A DNA stretch of 63,395 nt, the filler included, from Craspedostauros australis (lineage: Eukaryota), in NCBI GenBank assembly GCA_030167865.1. It is 5 parts of 5 records of this genome, joined end to end, with 100 filler letters (N's around TTAATTAATTAA, not from the genome) between each part and the next. Parts side by side here need not be neighbours in the genome. Positions count along the whole stretch, not along the records: positions 44,635 to 61,533 come from JALAGF010006572.1; positions 61,634 to 63,395 come from JALAGF010006604.1; 3 more parts are not named here. The stretch is one strand, 5' to 3'. Every line of letters starts with the position of its first letter. The stretch's first letter is position 1. Below the pieces are notes generated by a model that was given only the letters and a program-made list of their open reading frames with translations, made no database searches and was not told the origin of the DNA. The position numbers and the translations under genes were made by a program. Below, piece by piece: positions 58,969-63,395 of this stretch.

Positions 58969-60678
58969 ATATGCATACATTGACAAAAGGATTGTCCGAC
59001 TGACTCGGGTCGTACATGGAACATGGTATTGATGTGCGAACTGTCACTCACCTCAGCTCACGCTCGCACTCGCACCCACATCTCCACTCCACCAAGTGCG
59101 GACGCGGGGTGCAGCAAAGTAGAGCGGAGCACGTTGGAGTGATCCACTCTCTCCCCAGAGACTGCGACACCGCTAATCTCTCGACTATCTCTGGATTGGA
59201 AGAATCTGTTTGCGGCAGTTGCCGGATTCCCTTGGTTGTTTGGTGCTTGCCCTTACGAGGTGTCACGAACGGAAGTCTCACGCTGGTCGAAGGAGAAGAA
59301 GGCGCGTGGCACACAAATGGACCACTGGGGGGGGGGGACAGGCAGAAAGCTGTATCGCCACAACAAACGGCTTTGTTCTCCTCTTGTTCCAAGAGCCGAC
59401 GAGCACGAGGTGCTGAGCCAGTAATCGTCGGTCCTCCCTTCTCGATGCGAATCTGGTTGTCCATTCAGATGAGATGTACTTAGTCTGGACTTTGTCGAAA
59501 TGTCTCTCCAGGCAAGACACGATCCTTCTACAAGGATAACTGCGGCTATTTTGTCCGCGGAGCCGAAAAGGCAGACCATTACCACCACCCTCCTGTTTCC
59601 GACGCCATCGGCGACCAAGCCTCATGAGAAGCACGATCATCACCGATAACGGAGACATCCAGCGTCGAGAAAGGAGAGAGAGAGACCGCCGTGATCGTTT
59701 CAATACGGCTGTCTGTTTCATCTGGTCTGTGCGTCTTTCTTGCATCCGCTGGTGCTGATCGCCCACGAATCAGCACTTGCTGATGAAGTGCAGCTTGCGT
59801 TCGTTTGGATCTACTATGATCATTAGGGAGGTACGAGTGCAGCGGTAAAGTGGTCACGCACGAGCAAACCGATCACCAGTTGAATGACTCATTGAGTAAT
59901 TGATTGGATGGCACGGATGAATTCTCGCGAATGGGAATGAGATAACGCGACAACACTGCGTGCTCAACGCCGGTTGTTGCTGCGCAAGTTGTATCATGAC
60001 AATGTCAGTTGTCTTTTGTGTACTTTGCTCACCACAACGCCACGTTGGATGTAGTTGTCAAGACAGAAACGGTATCTCCAAGCTGAAGGCATGGCATTAT
60101 GTGGTGTAGGAATCCGATACTGGAGTTCAATAAGACATGCACATCGGCTAAGAGATACTACTCCGCTCGGACGAGTTTGCAGCACCTTGCCGGCTCGCAG
60201 TTCGGTTGGTTGCCGTTCAGTGTTTTGGGAGCCGCGGCAATTTTGGAGAGAGCCCTTCGCAATGACGTTCCCGGCAAGCCTGACAGGTTGTCAAGTTGCT
60301 GGACATGATGACGTTGGTTGAAATGTCTGCGACCTCTGAACTCTCTTCGAGCTCCTCTGTGTATACCATGTATTGAGTACCTTAGTATGATACTACAAAA
60401 TCGATGCGATACCATTCGTATAGAGCATGCGCCTCATCCGGCACACTCAGTATATCTTCGACAGTGAATCGGGTTCTCCACTATTCTCCCGTGCGTGCCC
60501 ACTGTGACGAAGTAGACAAAAATACATAGGCACATCCATGTACACAGCGCACTGCTCATTGCGCACTCCTACCTTCGTCAGACTCAACTGAAAGGCAATG
60601 CGTCACTATGCACCATACTATCATCGTCCATGGCATCCATGTTGGTACCTGCTTCCTGCTCGTGTCATCCTCGTGGTC

Positions 60679-61485
60679 TGTTGGCAAGTTCCGCTCACGG
60701 AAGCCTACGATCATGGAAGACGGTGTTGTTGATAGCCGGTCTGTTTGCAATTTCATTAGTTGAGCACTCCAATCCTCTTGGTGTCTCAGTTGTCTTGCCC
60801 GATGCTCTCGGCGCGTTTGTCAATCTCGTAGATTGGATGGTCCGACTATGAGTCGGCACGCGGGATCCTCTCTCGCTCCTCTCTGTATTCTCTCTCTCTC
60901 TCTCTCTCTGTCTCAGCATCGCGTCCTTCGTGCTACACGATACTACATGTTCGATGCGTGCTCCACATTTGACACTCTGTTCGTTCACTACTGGTTCCTA
61001 CTCCACGAGTACTTACCATTTGAACTTCACCTCCTGTATTCATGATCTTGATGCCCTTCGGTCATCGGATCTTCATCTCCTGCTCTGACATGGAGACAGA
61101 TGTTGACGTGGTGACACAATGACATCCTGTCAACGTCAGTAGGTGTCCTTCTGCTCTCCAGATGTCACGTTCCATTGGTGATGCAGCAGTCTGTCAGATG
61201 ATATCGTTATCTGAGGTTTAGTTGGGAAGTACCTCGAGATTCTCTTGGTACCATTGATGGATGGACAGACGATGTTCCAATTCTCTCAGAAATCGTCATT
61301 TGCAAATTTCCTCCAGAAATCTTGCTCCTTTTTGTGTGTTCCATTTCCCCTGTAATTCTGACGAATCACAGCATACTATTGACACGAGTGTAGTTATACC
61401 GTTCAAGTGCGTATGAGAGAATAACGGGTGAATGATGCACATATACATGTACATCTCGACATATACTCACATGTACATCTTGACA
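60679..61485 (-). mobile_element. LTR family A, uninterrupted copy; probable 3' LTR of an element lost in the gap
   Basis: TGTCAAG...GCCAACA on the minus strand, homologous to 834-2654, preceded by PPT-like AGGAAGGG. No TSD. Confidence 0.85.
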
Positions 61486-61633
61486 CCCTTCCTGTGTGCA
61501 TTCAGTCATTCGAATGTTCTCGATGTGTCAAGGNNNNNNNNNNNNNNNNNNNNNNNNNNNNNNNNNNNNNNNNNNNNTTAATTAATTAANNNNNNNNNNN
61601 NNNNNNNNNNNNNNNNNNNNNNNNNNNNNNNNN

Positions 61634-63395
61634 GTCCCAGATGACTTGAAAGGTGGACTGGCCTTCGTTCTGGCCATGCGGAGTATCCATCAGGGAGAGG
61701 AGTCTGCCAGCTCTTGATGTGGGTGGAACGTTGATTGCCATTGCACCAAAGAGTTGGTCAGTGATGTCACGCTCATGTCCCAGGACGAAGAAGCTCCGAA
61801 GCATACTGATGAGCCTGATGGCTTGCTCAGAGACGGCTTTTGGGATTGNNNNNNNNNNNNNNNNNNNNNNNNNNNNNNNNNNNNNNNNNNNNNNNNNNNN
61901 NNNNNNNNNNNNNNNNNNNNNNNNNNNNNNNNNNNNNNNNNNNNNNNNNNNNNNNNNNNNNNNNNNNNNNNNNNNNNNNNNNNNNNNNNNNNNNNNNNNN
62001 NNNNNNNNNTACAGTCCGGATGGATTGCGTGTGAAGCGATTGTCGTTGCGAAGGCGCATCGGATAATGCGGATCCACATACGCTGGTCTCTTGTTGTGGC
62101 GTCCATGCTTCTTCCAAGCCTTGTTCCAACGAGCCTTTGCATGTCGAAGATGTGCTCGTGGTGGGCGCTTGGGATCTTCCGATGGTCTGCCATGTAAGTA
62201 GCCAAGGACGGTTGCTGTCCCTAACCACAAGAAGATGGCCACTGTTTTCCNNNNNNNNNNNNNNNNNNNNNNNNNNNNNNNNNNNNNNNNNNNNNNNNNN
62301 TCTCCTGGGTCAAAATCCTCTCGGGCTTGTTCTGATGTGGGAGTGGAAGATCCGTGATGGCCATTGTGTTGGTGTTCGCGGTCTCGGTCGCGAAGAAAAC
62401 GTTGGAAGGATCCATCTGCGAAGAGCTCCTCGTACAGTCCGGATGGATTGCGTGTGAAGCGATTGTCGTTGCGAAGGCGCATCGGATAATGCGGATCCAC
62501 ATACGCTGGTCTCTTGTTGTGGCGTCCACGCTTCTTCCGAGCCTTGTTCCAACGAGCCTTTGCATGTCGAAGATGTGCTCGTGGTGGGTGCTTGGGATCG
62601 TCCGATGGTCTACCATGTAAGTAGCCAAGGACGGTTGCTGTCCCTAACCACAAGAAGATGGCCACTGTTTTCCATTCATGGAGGAGTCCGAGGAGGATGA
62701 TCTGGACCAGGCCGAAGATGAGGGATGGGTTGGTCGTGAGGACAAACTGCAGGATCCATGTAAGCATGTGTTGCAGATGTTTCCAGAATCCAATTTGGTT
62801 GGTTGGTTCTGTCTCCATCATGCACATCCATGCCGAAGGGTCGATTGCAAGATTGCCTTGGGCCTCCTTCCTGCCCCCAAAGTTCTCTTGGTGCTCCGAT
62901 GTACCATGAGAGATGCGCCAGTGCTTGCACTTGGCACACCAGTGATACGTCTTGTTGTCCATGAGCTTTTTCTGGGGCTCTCCTTTGCGAGGTGGTGTGG
63001 TCTTCCACGAGTTCTTTCGCGATTGGCCACGATCAATCTTCTTGTTCGTCTTCCTCCCTTGGTTGGGCTTCCGATTTCCAAGCAGTGGACAGTTGGCCTT
63101 GATGTGACCAGGCTTGCCGCAGTTGTAGCAGCTGACAGCGACTTGGGAGTTGCCTTTGCTGGACTGGATGAGCGTCCAGGCTTGGCTGATGTCTTGGTCC
63201 AAGGTTGNNNNNNCATGAGCGCCATGGCGAGGAATGGATCGGTCCTTTGTGCGTTGGTGGGCATGCCAGCGTCCGTCTTCCACCTCGATGTTGTAGAGCA
63301 ACACAGCCTTACGGCAAATGTTGCGCCATGTCATCTTGTGTTGGAGGAGGAGACGCTTTGCTGGTTCTCGGTCCATCAGCCTGGTCTTCATCAGG
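61634..63395 (-). CDS. gag: Partial Copia Gag-protease polyprotein (gapped)
   Basis: Zinc knuckle CYNCGKPGHIKANC, second Cys/His motif WCAKCKHWRISHGTSEH, and FQVIWD (start of the aspartic protease motif) at the gap. Confidence 0.8.

Noticed and set aside
62010..62250. Tandem duplication within gag
   Set aside because: Gap-bounded near-copy of ~62433-62672, probably a second allele or element copy mis-scaffolded.
60679..63395. Linking the family A LTR to the downstream gag as one element
   Set aside because: They are separated by a scaffold linker. Same orientation alone is not evidence.

Overview
Eukaryotic, diatom-like draft DNA made of five unrelated scaffolds joined by artificial N-TTAATTAATTAA-N linkers (9146, 19643, 44579, 61578). 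The diatom call rests on CoDi-type Copia elements and typical diatom gene families. Scaffold 1 is a nest of LTRs that interrupts a cyclic-nucleotide phosphodiesterase gene, followed by a Copia gag-pol whose primer site looks complementary to a tRNA-Lys(CUU) half-molecule. Scaffold 2 holds degraded repeats and a complete, very young Copia element (13188-18433, minus strand). That element has identical 188-bp TA...CA LTRs, a 5-bp TSD, gag and pol separated by one in-frame UGA, and a primer site complementary to its own LTR rather than to a tRNA. This candidate self-priming is the most striking signal in the window. Scaffold 3 is gene-rich: a TIR element, a STAND/AAA ATPase, a HAD-IIA hydrolase, a type I membrane protein, a membrane-anchored cyclophilin-like protein and four tandem signal-anchored SET-domain genes. 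Scaffold 4 encodes a ~1,900-aa secreted protein with about 40 cysteine-rich repeats, three adjacent or nested non-autonomous DNA transposons and a 3' LTR. Scaffold 5 is a partial Copia gag-protease. All calls come from reading the sequence by eye; no searches were run.
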